A stretch of DNA of 64,000 nt, taken from Planctomycetales bacterium (GTDB lineage Bacteria > 4484-113). The position numbers were made by a program, and so were the translations under genes. Under the pieces are notes generated by a model that saw only the letters and a list, made by a program, of their open reading frames with translations, did not search any database and was not told the DNA's origin. This document shows positions 1-9,771 of this stretch, piece by piece. The stretch covers positions 231,249 to 295,248 of the forward strand of contig JBBIRS010000002.1 of NCBI GenBank assembly GCA_037441675.1. The letters run 5' to 3'. Position 1 is the first letter of the stretch. Each line of letters opens with the position of its first letter.

Positions 1-593
1 GGATCCATTACGAGTATTTTCTCTTTCTCCATCTCAAGGGCGCTATAAAGAGTAGTTAGCTTCTCTTTGGCAAAATCGCTTTTTGTGCCTATTACTATTC
101 GATCAGGGGCAAAAAAGTCTTGAACTGCACTTCCTTCTCGCAGAAACTCCGGATTATTAGCCATATGGAAGCGAACCGATGTTTTGGAAGCAATGAGATT
201 TTCCAGTTGCTCCGTTGTTCCGACCGGCACGGTACTCTTTATGATAACAACAGCGTCTTCGGACAGATATGGGGATAGGCGTTCCGCACTTTCAACAACG
301 TAAGTCAAGTTACATGAGCCATCCTTATTCTCTGGAGTCTGAACGCAGATGAAGATAAGCTCAGACTGGGGTATAGCCTCCTCATAGCTTGTAGTGAAAT
401 TAATTCTCCCAGCTCGCGCATTCTTTTCTATAATTTCCGGCAGAAACGGCTCAATAAGTGGGCATTTCCCTGACTTCAACTTGCTAATCTTATCCTCGTC
501 AATATCTAAGTAGATTGTCTGATTGCCAATTTCTGCGAAGCAGGCTCCACTTACGAGCCCCACATAACCACAACCTATTACACAGATGTTCAT
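1..593 (-). CDS. ugd: UDP-glucose/GDP-mannose dehydrogenase family protein (3' part outside window)
   Basis: Not in the ORF track. Manual translation from ATG at 593 gives MNICVIGCGYVGLVSGACFAEIGN (Rossmann GxGxxG), later FICVQTP, IKSTVPVGT and NPEFLREGSAVQDFFAPDRIVIG; the frame runs off the window edge. Confidence 0.93.
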   Translation of the reverse strand, partial: MNICVIGCGYVGLVSGACFAEIGNQTIYLDIDEDKISKLKSGKCPLIEPFLPEIIEKNARAGRINFTTSYEEAIPQSELIFICVQTPENKDGSCNLTYVVESAERLSPYLSEDAVVIIKSTVPVGTTEQLENLIASKTSVRFHMANNPEFLREGSAVQDFFAPDRIVIGTKSDFAKEKLTTLYSALEMEKEKILVMD

Positions 594-805
594 ATGGAAA
601 GCCTACTTATCTTAGTAAATTTTAGAACAATAGATAGAGACAAAACAAGGATACAACGAGAACAATACGCACCCTCAGATGCTTTAATTATCTCAGGATT
701 GCTTGGCGACTATATGTGCGCAAGATTCAAATACCTTTGCACGAGAGCTTTGGGAGAACTGAGTGTTTAAAAAGTAGCCCAAAGAAAGTATGTTCATTCC
801 GATGG

Positions 806-997
806 CTATCCCTGAAACGATTGCTCATCGGTCTGCTCCTTACCAGATTCCCCGTCAGATTTTCTTGTAATTTCTTCACGGAAGGAACGAACACCCCTTC
901 CAAGGTCTCTCATTATCACTGCAACTCGTCCAGCCCCAAAGAGAATTAAGACTATAATGAGAACGATTAAGAGTTCTTGCCATCCAAGTCCAAACAT
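806..997 (-). CDS. tatA: Twin-arginine translocase TatA/TatE subunit
   Basis: MFGLGWQELLIVLIIVLILFG, then an amphipathic helix (DLGRGVRSFRE); GGAGG RBS upstream. Confidence 0.93.
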   Translation of the reverse strand: MFGLGWQELLIVLIIVLILFGAGRVAVIMRDLGRGVRSFREEITRKSDGESGKEQTDEQSFQG

Positions 998-1208
998 TTT
1001 TTATGCCTCCTGCCTATGCTAATTATAGCTTTTTTTGGCATTAGTCTAAATTGAACCAAAATGAAGTCAAACAGAATACAATCCGAGAATAATGAGACTA
1101 TCTTTTGAAAATTGTCTTCACTTTGGATTCAGCCTTTAGAGTTTGCTACCATTATTCTTTAGCTTATTCTTCACTTGCGAAACAAAATTATCCTTCTCTT
1201 ATAAAGTT

Positions 1209-2003
1209 TCAGATTTTCTCCGCCCAAACCCCACGACCATACCATAATTCTGAAAATTTTTCCCAGCCCATTTGGTACTCTCCCGCCAATGGCTCTTGGA
1301 CAATTAGTTTCTCTCCGTTTTCCTCAAGACGCACCACTACCTCGTGCCCAACTCCTAATCCTTATTTTAAGCAGACTAAGTACCAATTTTTGTCCTTCAG
1401 GAGTTTTTGCTTGGTTAAAGGTTCCGCCCGTATACGATATTCCATTGGCAGTGAAAAACGAAGTAATCGCCACTCATTTATGTCAGATCCGCCATGAACG
1501 CTGATAAGACCTCGCCTGACCATCTCTTCTTCGGTGGCTTCAAAACCTAGCGTTTTGATATAAGTCGCTCCAACCGCAACTATGCAAGTACTTTCAGTGC
1601 TCTGAAGCAACACTTCTTCCCTCCAAAAAGTTTCGACTGCCTCCTGCGGACTTATCTGTTGTCTTGTTATAAGCTATACCCCATATAACACGATTAACGG
1701 TGGTATGGCTAGAAATGCCCTTTTTTGGCGAATTCTAGGTACGATCCTTGCTAGCCAAATCACTATTGCGAGAATTCCACCCCAAACTAAGCTTAGAACA
1801 TATACCGTCACTGAGGAGTGTGGAATAATCCAAACCCAGGGATACTATAAGTACCAGGGAATTATGTGGATCGGAAAAATCAAGACTGAAAGAAAGCAGG
1901 AGAATAATCTTAACCAGCTAAACCAGCTGATTACTCCGAGCCTGAGCAAAATGCCAAGAATAATAGACACAAGAATGGCGACGTAGTCAAGCGGGAGCAG
2001 CAT
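1209..2003 (-). pseudogene. Membrane-anchored C39-like cysteine peptidase, disrupted
   Basis: Reading through TAG (1674-1676) and TAA (1362-1364) gives TM segments, then LLQSTESTC...GHEVVV...VQEP...EKFSELWYG (C39-type Q-x5-C, H, D/E-P, F-x3-W pattern). A frameshift near 1880 joins the hydrophobic N-terminus starting at ATG 2003. Confidence 0.6.
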
Positions 2004-2193
2004 ACATAATTTATACCTTACTTAAAAAGTTAAAGGCGTATAGCTCAGGGTTCAGCTTTATTAAATCCGAATGAATGTAACTGTTATACCATGTTCAACT
2101 TTGCTTAATAGGAGCGTATAACTCACTAGTGGAAATAGAATCTAGTTACGTTTATAATTATCGGTCAATCTGGATGTTTTTATTTAAGAAGTA

Positions 2194-3576
2194 TTGATGC
2201 AGAAGGGCAAAATGCCTTCAGGAGAGGCTAAAGCTGAAAAAAAGCCACTAATCTCGCGTGGTTGGAGTTTCAAAAAGGCAACGTTAACGCTACCCATAAA
2301 GCCCACAGAACACGTCCGCATCGTTCGGCAGTTCTTCTTCTGCCTTTCGTTAATTATCGTCATTTTTGTTTTAGTGTTGTATCTTCTTGTTTTCAGGTTG
2401 GATGAGAAATTAGTTGTCTCTCAAATGTGGTATGACGCCAGACGAGTCGCTGGCAGCCTAAAGGTGCAATGGGATTGGGCATTATCCTATGATAAGATAT
2501 ACGTTCCCATCAAAGAAGCGCCCGCGGATTCTGGTGTTGACGAAACCAGAGTTAGCGATGGTGCTGAGAATTATTTTATTAAGAATCACAGGGATATGAC
2601 GCTCGAGACAGCTGAGATCGCCCAAGCTCAGAGGAAGTTCAGGTTCCAACTGATTAGCGCACTTCCCGAGAGTAAACTTACTCCCACTGATAATTGGGTT
2701 AAAGTCGCATTTGAGAAGATTAAAAACAAAAATATAACGGAAACAGGAGAAGTCCGCAAGGATGGCAATACGCTTGTCTTTTGGTATTTAACTTCTATAA
2801 AGGCGGAGGCTTCTTGTCTAAGATGCCACCGCGATGAGGGGTTCATCCCGGGCAAAGTTGTTGGGGGATTTGTCGTCCAAATACCTGTTAGTGAGGAATA
2901 TCAAAACATTCGGAAGTCTAAAATTGCTGTTGCGAGTCTTTTCGGGGGCTCATTAGTTGTAATCTTTATCACTATCATATTACTCGTCTTAAATCTTTCA
3001 GCACAGCTAAAGGATGCCTACTACCATCTTGAACAGCTAGCCAGGGAAGATTCGCTAACCCATCTTCCTACAAGGCGAGCATTTAAGGAATTCACAGACT
3101 TGCAGGTTGCCTTATCCAATCGTCACGGTTGGCCACTAACCATCGTTATTGCGGATATAGACAACTTCAAAAGCGTGAATGACACCTATGGTCATAAAAT
3201 GGGTGACGACGTACTAACCGCTTTCTCCAAGATTCTAAGAGACAACATCCGTTGTTCTGATGTGCCATGTAGATGGGGTGGAGAGGAGTTTGTTGTTGCC
3301 CTAGTCAATACTGAAGAGACGAATGGCGCAAAAGTCGCAGAGAAACTCCTCCAAAAGTTTAACGATTTGAAGGTTCCAGGACTAGACATAAAACTTACGT
3401 GTAGTTTTGGCATTACTCAGTTGAGGCGAGGTGAAACTGTGGAAGATGCTATTGCGCGAGCGGACACAGCTCTGTTCGAGGTGAAGCGCGCTGGCGGTAA
3501 CGGCTTCAGAATTGCTCAAAATGGAGTTCCTTCTGAGTATAAGGTTGGCGATGAAATTAGCTCCTCTCAGAATTAA
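2194..3576 (+). CDS. Membrane diguanylate cyclase with extracytoplasmic c-type heme (DUF3365/Tll0287-like) sensor
   Basis: Two TM helices flank a domain with CLRCH (CxxCH). C-terminal DIDNFKSVNDTYGH...RWGGEEF, with RxxD I-site (RCSD). Confidence 0.9.
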   Translation: MMQKGKMPSGEAKAEKKPLISRGWSFKKATLTLPIKPTEHVRIVRQFFFCLSLIIVIFVLVLYLLVFRLDEKLVVSQMWYDARRVAGSLKVQWDWALSYDKIYVPIKEAPADSGVDETRVSDGAENYFIKNHRDMTLETAEIAQAQRKFRFQLISALPESKLTPTDNWVKVAFEKIKNKNITETGEVRKDGNTLVFWYLTSIKAEASCLRCHRDEGFIPGKVVGGFVVQIPVSEEYQNIRKSKIAVASLFGGSLVVIFITIILLVLNLSAQLKDAYYHLEQLAREDSLTHLPTRRAFKEFTDLQVALSNRHGWPLTIVIADIDNFKSVNDTYGHKMGDDVLTAFSKILRDNIRCSDVPCRWGGEEFVVALVNTEETNGAKVAEKLLQKFNDLKVPGLDIKLTCSFGITQLRRGETVEDAIARADTALFEVKRAGGNGFRIAQNGVPSEYKVGDEISSSQN

Positions 3577-3629
3577 ATTACCCTGCACCCTATAAACTAC
3601 GCAACTTAATATCCCCCATCCACACATTC

Positions 3630-3789
3630 GACCTGTAGTGTAGAGGGCTTGCCGCCGCCGTAAAGTTATAGACCTGTATGACGGCGAGCTTGCTCCCGCC
3701 ATGCTCAGAAGCTGGATCACGGGCGTCTCGCCCGTGTCCTTCCCCGCCTACCCCCTTATTTGGATCACGCCCGTCCTCGGGCGCGTCCT
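3630..3789. repeat. Cluster of REP-like palindromic repeats (two GTAG-type copies, two TGGATCAC-hairpin copies)
   Basis: 3630-3659 and 3671-3700 match at 21/30 nt (gacctgta...cttgc..ccgcc). 3713-3740 and 3761-3789 are direct repeats, each folding into a GC hairpin. Confidence 0.65.
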
Positions 3790-3900
3790 TTCCCACTGCG
3801 AGAACCAGCCAAGAGCTGGGAAGAACCGTGGGCAATAGGAATGAAAGATTTCAAGCCGTAAGCTCCGGAATGTAAAGTGAATAATTTCAACCGTGCGCCT

Positions 3901-3940
3901 ATGCTTTTGAGACATTCTCTCAGGAAATATTCAAAAGCAT
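3901..3940. terminator. Inverted repeat between convergent genes, possible bidirectional terminator
   Basis: ATGCTTTTGA (3901-3910) and TCAAAAGCAT (3931-3940) form a perfect 10-bp inverted repeat; the loop is long (20 nt) and there is no clear U-tract. Confidence 0.35.
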
Positions 3941-3949
3941 CGCTATGAG

Positions 3950-4990
3950 CTATCCTACCCTTTCAGGTTTATCCTCACCGGCTACTGGTACATTAAAGAA
4001 TCCCGGGTAGACATCTATCTTCTCCAAATTGACTGCGGTAAGTATCAGGTCAAGGGCGAGGTCAAAGGGGACGTTTTCCAGGTTCAGGGTTAGATTCCCA
4101 GTTCCAGGGCGTGGGAGTTGTGCTTGGAAAGTGCCTGCCTCACGGAAACCGGTGCCACCACCACCCTGTCCGCCTTCCGCACCGCCAGCACCGCCTCCAG
4201 CGCCTGCGCCTCCAGTCGAGCCTGGACCCCCGGGCCTACGCCTTCCACCCGTGGGCGGGTCAGACCAATATGGATCTAACACAATGCTAACATTCCCAAT
4301 CTCGCTAAGCAACATCAAAACATCTCTGAAATCAGTATTGACAAGGTTTATAGAAACGAGCGCGTCTGAATACTTATACCTGTAAGGAAAGGGAGGAAGC
4401 TCGTACTCTCCTTCCGGTGCGATTGTTATAGGCACGCGTGGATAGTCCTCGTCAATTTCATTGGGCACCTTCTTGCTCTCTTCGCTGTTCAACTCCTGCC
4501 CGCTCTCATTTTGAGGCTCCCCTTCATTATTTGATTTCTCATAGGAGCCTTGTTTATTCTTGCCGAGCCCATAGGTTACCGTGAGGACAACGTTTGGTGA
4601 TGCGGGAATAAAGGTGGAGCTAGGCGAAATAGCGACCGCAAGCCCTCTGCCCATCAAGCTTCTTTCTATTACGATTTCACTTCCGCCTTGCTTTGGAGTT
4701 ACGCTTATCGCGCTTGTAAAATAACCATTAACACTTCTCTTAACCGGACTATTAATTACAAGCCCATCAACGAAGAGAGTGATTTTTAAGGTGTTTTCTT
4801 CAAGGCTCCTGTAACCCGTTCCTGCAAGATAATAAGCATCAATTCCATAGCCTGAGTTTAGAATTACTTTACCCGGGATGATTTCAGTGACTACGCTCTC
4901 TGAAGATGCGGTGGTAATTATAGATAGGGCTAAGAGGACTGTTACGAATTGTCCTAAACAAATTATCTTTCTCCAATTCATGCTCATCAC
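3950..4990 (-). CDS. Exported protein with secretin/TonB N-terminal (STN/N0-like) module, no secretin pore domain
   Basis: Signal peptide. VSINLVNTDFRDVLMLLSEIGNVSIVLD...GNLTLNLENVPFDLALDLIL resembles the PilQ/GspD N0 domain and is interrupted by a Gly/Pro-rich insert. Confidence 0.65.
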   Translation of the reverse strand: MMSMNWRKIICLGQFVTVLLALSIITTASSESVVTEIIPGKVILNSGYGIDAYYLAGTGYRSLEENTLKITLFVDGLVINSPVKRSVNGYFTSAISVTPKQGGSEIVIERSLMGRGLAVAISPSSTFIPASPNVVLTVTYGLGKNKQGSYEKSNNEGEPQNESGQELNSEESKKVPNEIDEDYPRVPITIAPEGEYELPPFPYRYKYSDALVSINLVNTDFRDVLMLLSEIGNVSIVLDPYWSDPPTGGRRRPGGPGSTGGAGAGGGAGGAEGGQGGGGTGFREAGTFQAQLPRPGTGNLTLNLENVPFDLALDLILTAVNLEKIDVYPGFFNVPVAGEDKPERVG

Positions 4991-5028
4991 CTTCCTGAAA
5001 GTACTAAGTTCATTTTGCCTAATTATAA

Positions 5029-6261
5029 CTAAATACTATTATCAATGATAACACTATCCAGCCTTCCTCTTACTTCGATTCTTCGTAAGCGAATAGAGTT
5101 ACCTAATTTTGTGTCAAAGTCTATTCGAAAAGTGTTTTCTCCATTATGTATGAAACCATTTAGATTCAAAATGATTGGCTCGTAGTTTACCATACCTTTG
5201 GGAAATTTAATGGATTGCGATTTTATCTCAATTGGAATGCCATTCAAGTAAAATGAAACGTTAGGTCGGTCATAGCTATCCTGACTAAACCAGAGGAGGT
5301 CCGAGGGAGTCTCAACCGGGAAAAGTAACAGGTGTAAATCCTCAAAATAGTTAATATCGTAATTTAGCTTACTAGGGTTAAATGAGAACTCGAAGTAACC
5401 GCCTGGCGGAATTTCCCAATAATCAATAACTTCAAAAGTTCCAATGTCGCTCTTAACTCGTGAGGGATTCTCAATGCTAATGCCGTAAGATATAACCTTT
5501 CCTTCAAATGGCTGGGCAAAAAGATACTTAGCACCTGAAATGGGGAAATTTTGCCATCCCCTAATATAGTGGTAATAGGGGTCTTGTCTGTAGGGGTCCT
5601 CAACTACTATTCTAAGCCAGGCTTCCTGTATTACTTCAGGCACCAATTTATCATTATCTAGTGGGAATTCCGCTAGGTGTCTGATAGTCTTTACATCAAG
5701 AGGATTGCTTGCGAGAAGAAGCCTTAAATAACTTTCGCCTTCGGGGTAAGTTATTTCGCCACGAAAAGCGTAATTGAAACCCTTTGCCAGAAGCCTGTTA
5801 AGCACTAACACCTTCGCTTTACTATCACTTCCGTAATCAATAATGGTTGCATATGCTCGCTCTGATGAAGCATAAAATATCGTTATTGGCTCGCCAACGA
5901 AAAAATTCACCTTATTTGGAAAAGCCTTTAATTCAGCTTTAATTTGACTATCCCATAGTGGAAATTTGGCTGCGGGATTGTAATTTGAAGTGCCGATTCT
6001 AGACGCACTTTGCGGAGTAATTCCTTTAACTTGGAAGCTAAGCCCTATTTTCAAACTCTCTCCATTTGAAGTTAATGAGGCGCCTAGCAATATTAAAATT
6101 GACAAGCCTAATATAAAGGGCTTTTTAAGCTCCGCGATCGTATGTATCATTTCTAAATTCAGAATTTTACAACTATAAATTAAGACGCTATTGATAAAAG
6201 TTCTGTTCTTTCCTTCAGGTTCATTTCCCGAATTCCCAAGCTTTTCAATTTCATTGGTCAC
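5029..6261 (-). CDS. Exported DUF4384-like domain protein
   Basis: Hydrophobic N-terminal segment, then FFVGEPITIFYASSERAYATIIDYGSDSKAKVL (DUF4384-like). The true start may be downstream of 6261. Confidence 0.6.
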   Translation of the reverse strand: MTNEIEKLGNSGNEPEGKNRTFINSVLIYSCKILNLEMIHTIAELKKPFILGLSILILLGASLTSNGESLKIGLSFQVKGITPQSASRIGTSNYNPAAKFPLWDSQIKAELKAFPNKVNFFVGEPITIFYASSERAYATIIDYGSDSKAKVLVLNRLLAKGFNYAFRGEITYPEGESYLRLLLASNPLDVKTIRHLAEFPLDNDKLVPEVIQEAWLRIVVEDPYRQDPYYHYIRGWQNFPISGAKYLFAQPFEGKVISYGISIENPSRVKSDIGTFEVIDYWEIPPGGYFEFSFNPSKLNYDINYFEDLHLLLFPVETPSDLLWFSQDSYDRPNVSFYLNGIPIEIKSQSIKFPKGMVNYEPIILNLNGFIHNGENTFRIDFDTKLGNSIRLRRIEVRGRLDSVIIDNSI

Positions 6262-6273
6262 TTCTCTGCATAA

Positions 6274-6876
6274 TTATCTTACCCCAGACAGAGCAACTTC
6301 AAGGAATTTCTTGTGGAGAAAAGATTCTTCGGCGAGTTCTGGATGAAAGGTCAAACCCCATATATGACCTCTGCTTACAAATACAGGAGAGCCATTCAAG
6401 ACACCAAGAACATCCACCCCCTCGCCAACTTCAACTATCTTTGGGGCACGAATGAACACCCCACGAATCATCGCCTTTTCGCCATCAGCATTTACACTCA
6501 AAATAGTCTCAAAGGAGTTTACTTGGGAACCATAGGCGTTTCTCCGCACAGTTATATCCAAAAGCCCAAGTAGTTTTACTTTGTGTCCTCCATCTAAAGC
6601 TTTCTTCGCAAGGAGAATAAGTCCTGCGCAAGTTCCCATTATGGGCATTCCGTTATTGCCTAATCTGATGATTTCCTCCCACAATCCATTCTCCCAACCA
6701 AGCTTAGACAAGGTAGTGCTTTCCCCACCTGGGATAATAATCGCTTGAAGAGAAATAAGTTCGCTCGGTTCTCGCACAAGAGCGACCTCTGCGGCAAGCT
6801 CTTCCAGACGTGCCTTATGCAGGGGAAAATCACCCTGCAAAGCTACTACGCCAACTTTAGGTTTAGGGGTTGCCAT
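6274..6876 (-). CDS. pdxT: Pyridoxal 5'-phosphate synthase glutaminase subunit
   Basis: VALQGDF, IIPGGESTT, GTCAGLILLA, RNAYGSQVNSFE, FIRAP, FHPEL motifs. Confidence 0.96.
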   Translation of the reverse strand: MATPKPKVGVVALQGDFPLHKARLEELAAEVALVREPSELISLQAIIIPGGESTTLSKLGWENGLWEEIIRLGNNGMPIMGTCAGLILLAKKALDGGHKVKLLGLLDITVRRNAYGSQVNSFETILSVNADGEKAMIRGVFIRAPKIVEVGEGVDVLGVLNGSPVFVSRGHIWGLTFHPELAEESFLHKKFLEVALSGVR

Positions 6877-6978
6877 TGAAAATAACTCACCCTTTCCTAT
6901 TTTAATATACCAATCTGCAAAAATTTGCTAGGTGGGGTAGAATATTAACGCTTTATAGATGTATGTAGGAGGAAAGAA

Positions 6979-9378
6979 ATGAGATTATTGCGAATTTTAT
7001 CTTTGGGCTTGATTATCGCAATCTTTATTGTTTCTTTATCATGTGGAGGCGGGGGAGGTAAGAACTCAACTCTACCGAAGTTAAGCCCTTCCACAAATAG
7101 CGACTCGTCAGGTGAACAACAAGATGATGGCATAAATGATTCTACGGAGATAGATTCATTCTCCGATTATTTCAGGGAAGCCCCTCGGACCAAAATTGAC
7201 TCTAGTTACGTCTTGGTGAAGACTGGAGACACTGTGGATGAGTTCAAGGGCGTCGTCAGCAAGTTTGGATATGAGGTTCAGTCTAAGACGGGCAATTGGA
7301 TTAAAATTCGTGTTCCAGATGGCAACATTGAGCGTGCTATTACTGAGCTAAGAAAAGAATATACCGTAATCAATGTTGAGCCAGTGTATAAGTATGTGAT
7401 GCCTAAACCCACTGCGTCACCCGCCAGAAGCCATGCTACGAGTTTCTTGCCCAGTGATCCATTTTACGCTGATAGAGTTATTGGACCGAACTCAAACTTT
7501 CAAACAGACGCGAATGGTAACCCCCTATATTCCACATACTGGGGACAAAGGGTGTATATGGCGCCTATGGGTTTTGAAGGAGCCTGGGATATAGCTTTGT
7601 TACCAACGGTTCGTACTCAGCCCGTAGTTGTTGCAATAATCGGAGCAGGAATTTCGCCAGATCAGTTTGATGTTGATACAGCAAGGATTGTTGCATTAGC
7701 TAGCGGAACTATAGCAGCGGATGGAACATTCACACAGGGCAGTTATAATTGGGACGTTGACGCCAACCAAAATCCCTACGACCCATGGGGAGGTAGAATG
7801 GCAGGGTTGTTCCTTTCGCAAATGAACAATATTTCTCAGTTCACCTATACCACTCAAGACCCGCCGGCTACCTGGGAGTGGCAAGCTGGAATGACGCCAT
7901 TAACACCAACCGCCCAAGTAATAATAATTAAGACAGGGGAACTTCAGGGAACAAATTGGGTTTTCACCAGTGAACACATCGCAAATTCCATTAATCACGC
8001 GGTAAATAATGGAGCGGACATAATCGTTATTGCCACTTGGGCAGTTGGACCAGTTCCTCAAAATGTTCAAGACGCTGTAAATAACGCACGCAACAACGAC
8101 GCACTGGTAATCGCTCCAGCCGGAGAATCCACGCTCAATGATAACGGTACACCCGATGACATATCCGACGATTTTTGGAATCCAACCGTTGACGTCTCTA
8201 CAATAACCCCTGCTGCGGCGAATGGTGTAATTTCAGTGGGCGGAACAGGGTTTGAGCAGATTGATTTTGCTCCATCTGGAGATCCACCTACTGAGCCCCC
8301 CCCAGGTTACGCCAATCGTTTAATACCAAATATCGGCGATCCGTGGTGGAGGCTAACGGATTTCTCAAATACTGGTGTGGACATTGCCGCAGTCGGATGG
8401 GGATTATCTTGGGAAGACCAAGTATTCTTTGGATACTTCAGTTCCTTTGGTCCTTCGCTTGCTAATCTTGGAACTGGATACGCTGCTGGCTATGTGGCTG
8501 GTGCTGCTGCAATTTTGCACCAAGCTCTCTCTAACGTAAACGGCGGGACGCCACCCGCTGATGTTGACCAGGTTATTGAAGATTTGCTTTACTCCACAGC
8601 GGACAATGACATTTTTAACCCCGCAGGTGTTCAGTCCGGATTTCTTCAGGCTGGGCTTGCCGCATCGCTCGCTAATAATGGCGGTTTCGACCAGGTTATT
8701 CAACCGGTGGATATAACTAACGTGCAGATAGGAGGTGGCTTCTTTGTTGACAATACCGCTTTCATTGAAACGAATCAGGAAGTTCAATTTTCGGTTTCAA
8801 TGACCAGTAGCGCAGGTGGGTATGAGCTAGCAATCGGCTGGGGAGACGGGACTACAACCCCCTCGGACGGCAATCCAGCACCATATAATCCCGGCGATCC
8901 TATTTCTCACACCTACACTACCGCAGGTAGTTACGTGATTTACTTCCTCGCTGAAGACGCGGACGGATTTTCTGATGTCTTTGCGGTTTATGGTGAGGTT
9001 TACGATGGGATTTCAGTAAGTCCTACCATTCTTTTCCCAGATTCACAGACAGTAGTTCCTGGAACACCGCAAAGACTAACCTATTCGGACGTTTATCTCG
9101 CTGATGCTCGAGCGGTCTATACGACAATAACCGACAATATCATAACTTGCGAATGGGATTTCAACTACACCGGCAATCCTTCCGAATTCAGCCCTGAAAT
9201 TTCGGGAGAAGAACTATTCCGAGTGCTGTTTACCTATAGCTCTCCACCCCCAACACCTAGCCCTGGAATTCTATACCTCGATCTTGGCAAAAATGAGGAC
9301 TATAACATTGCTCTTAGAATAACTCAGACTAAACGTCCAACGGAGTTTCCAATAATTACCGTTCAGATTCGCGAGTAA
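6979..9378 (+). CDS. Lipoprotein with S8 subtilase-like fold (catalytic residues substituted) and PKD domain
   Basis: Lipobox SLSC-GGGGG; propeptide-like region; subtilase-like motifs VVVAIIGAG, SINHAVNNGADII, VISVGGT, DIAAVG, GTGYAAGYVAGAAA; PKD-like WGDG...SHTYTTAGSY. AGGAGG RBS. Confidence 0.85.
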   Translation: MRLLRILSLGLIIAIFIVSLSCGGGGGKNSTLPKLSPSTNSDSSGEQQDDGINDSTEIDSFSDYFREAPRTKIDSSYVLVKTGDTVDEFKGVVSKFGYEVQSKTGNWIKIRVPDGNIERAITELRKEYTVINVEPVYKYVMPKPTASPARSHATSFLPSDPFYADRVIGPNSNFQTDANGNPLYSTYWGQRVYMAPMGFEGAWDIALLPTVRTQPVVVAIIGAGISPDQFDVDTARIVALASGTIAADGTFTQGSYNWDVDANQNPYDPWGGRMAGLFLSQMNNISQFTYTTQDPPATWEWQAGMTPLTPTAQVIIIKTGELQGTNWVFTSEHIANSINHAVNNGADIIVIATWAVGPVPQNVQDAVNNARNNDALVIAPAGESTLNDNGTPDDISDDFWNPTVDVSTITPAAANGVISVGGTGFEQIDFAPSGDPPTEPPPGYANRLIPNIGDPWWRLTDFSNTGVDIAAVGWGLSWEDQVFFGYFSSFGPSLANLGTGYAAGYVAGAAAILHQALSNVNGGTPPADVDQVIEDLLYSTADNDIFNPAGVQSGFLQAGLAASLANNGGFDQVIQPVDITNVQIGGGFFVDNTAFIETNQEVQFSVSMTSSAGGYELAIGWGDGTTTPSDGNPAPYNPGDPISHTYTTAGSYVIYFLAEDADGFSDVFAVYGEVYDGISVSPTILFPDSQTVVPGTPQRLTYSDVYLADARAVYTTITDNIITCEWDFNYTGNPSEFSPEISGEELFRVLFTYSSPPPTPSPGILYLDLGKNEDYNIALRITQTKRPTEFPIITVQIRE

Positions 9379-9608
9379 TCACTTGGTCAATTAGCAAATT
9401 CGGCTAATTCTCTGAGGAATGAGGCAAACCAAGTAGAAAGGAGGCTATTCACTCCCAATTCGTAACTATTGTGTATAGTATATTAGGACTAGCAAAATGT
9501 CGCGCGAATTTTCTTAGCGAAAGAAGACACGTAGGATTGCGATTGTGTCTAGCAATGTTGCTATCCTCAATATAATCCAAAAAACGAGGATGGTAAATTC
9601 CAATTTCC

Positions 9609-9680
9609 AGCCGGCGGTGGGATTTGAACCCACGACCTGCTGATTACGAATCAGCTGCTCTGCCGCTGAGCTACGCCGGC
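9609..9680 (-). tRNA. tRNA-Thr (CGT)
   Basis: GCCGGCGTAGCTCAGCGGCAGAGCAGCTGATT-CGT-AATCAGCAGGTCGTGGGTTCAAATCCCACCGCCGGCT folds as a cloverleaf; no encoded CCA. Confidence 0.96.
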
Positions 9681-9771
9681 GCGCCAATCACGAACACAAT
9701 TATATCCGTTCGCCAATCTAAATGGGAAAGGTGTCCCGAAGGCAGAGGCTCGTGATAGAATTTCGTAACTG

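Noticed and set aside
3630..3789. CRISPR array
   Set aside because: Only pairs of degenerate repeats, spacers too short and irregular, and no cas genes.
3590..3875. ORFs 3590-3835(-) and 3678-3875(+)
   Set aside because: Open only because the REP-like region is GC-rich; no protein-like features or RBS.
4029..4385. Pro-rich ORF on the + strand, and similar antisense ORFs over lon, hslU, GH2, nadE and 60580-60885
   Set aside because: Antisense or alternate-frame shadows of well-supported genes.
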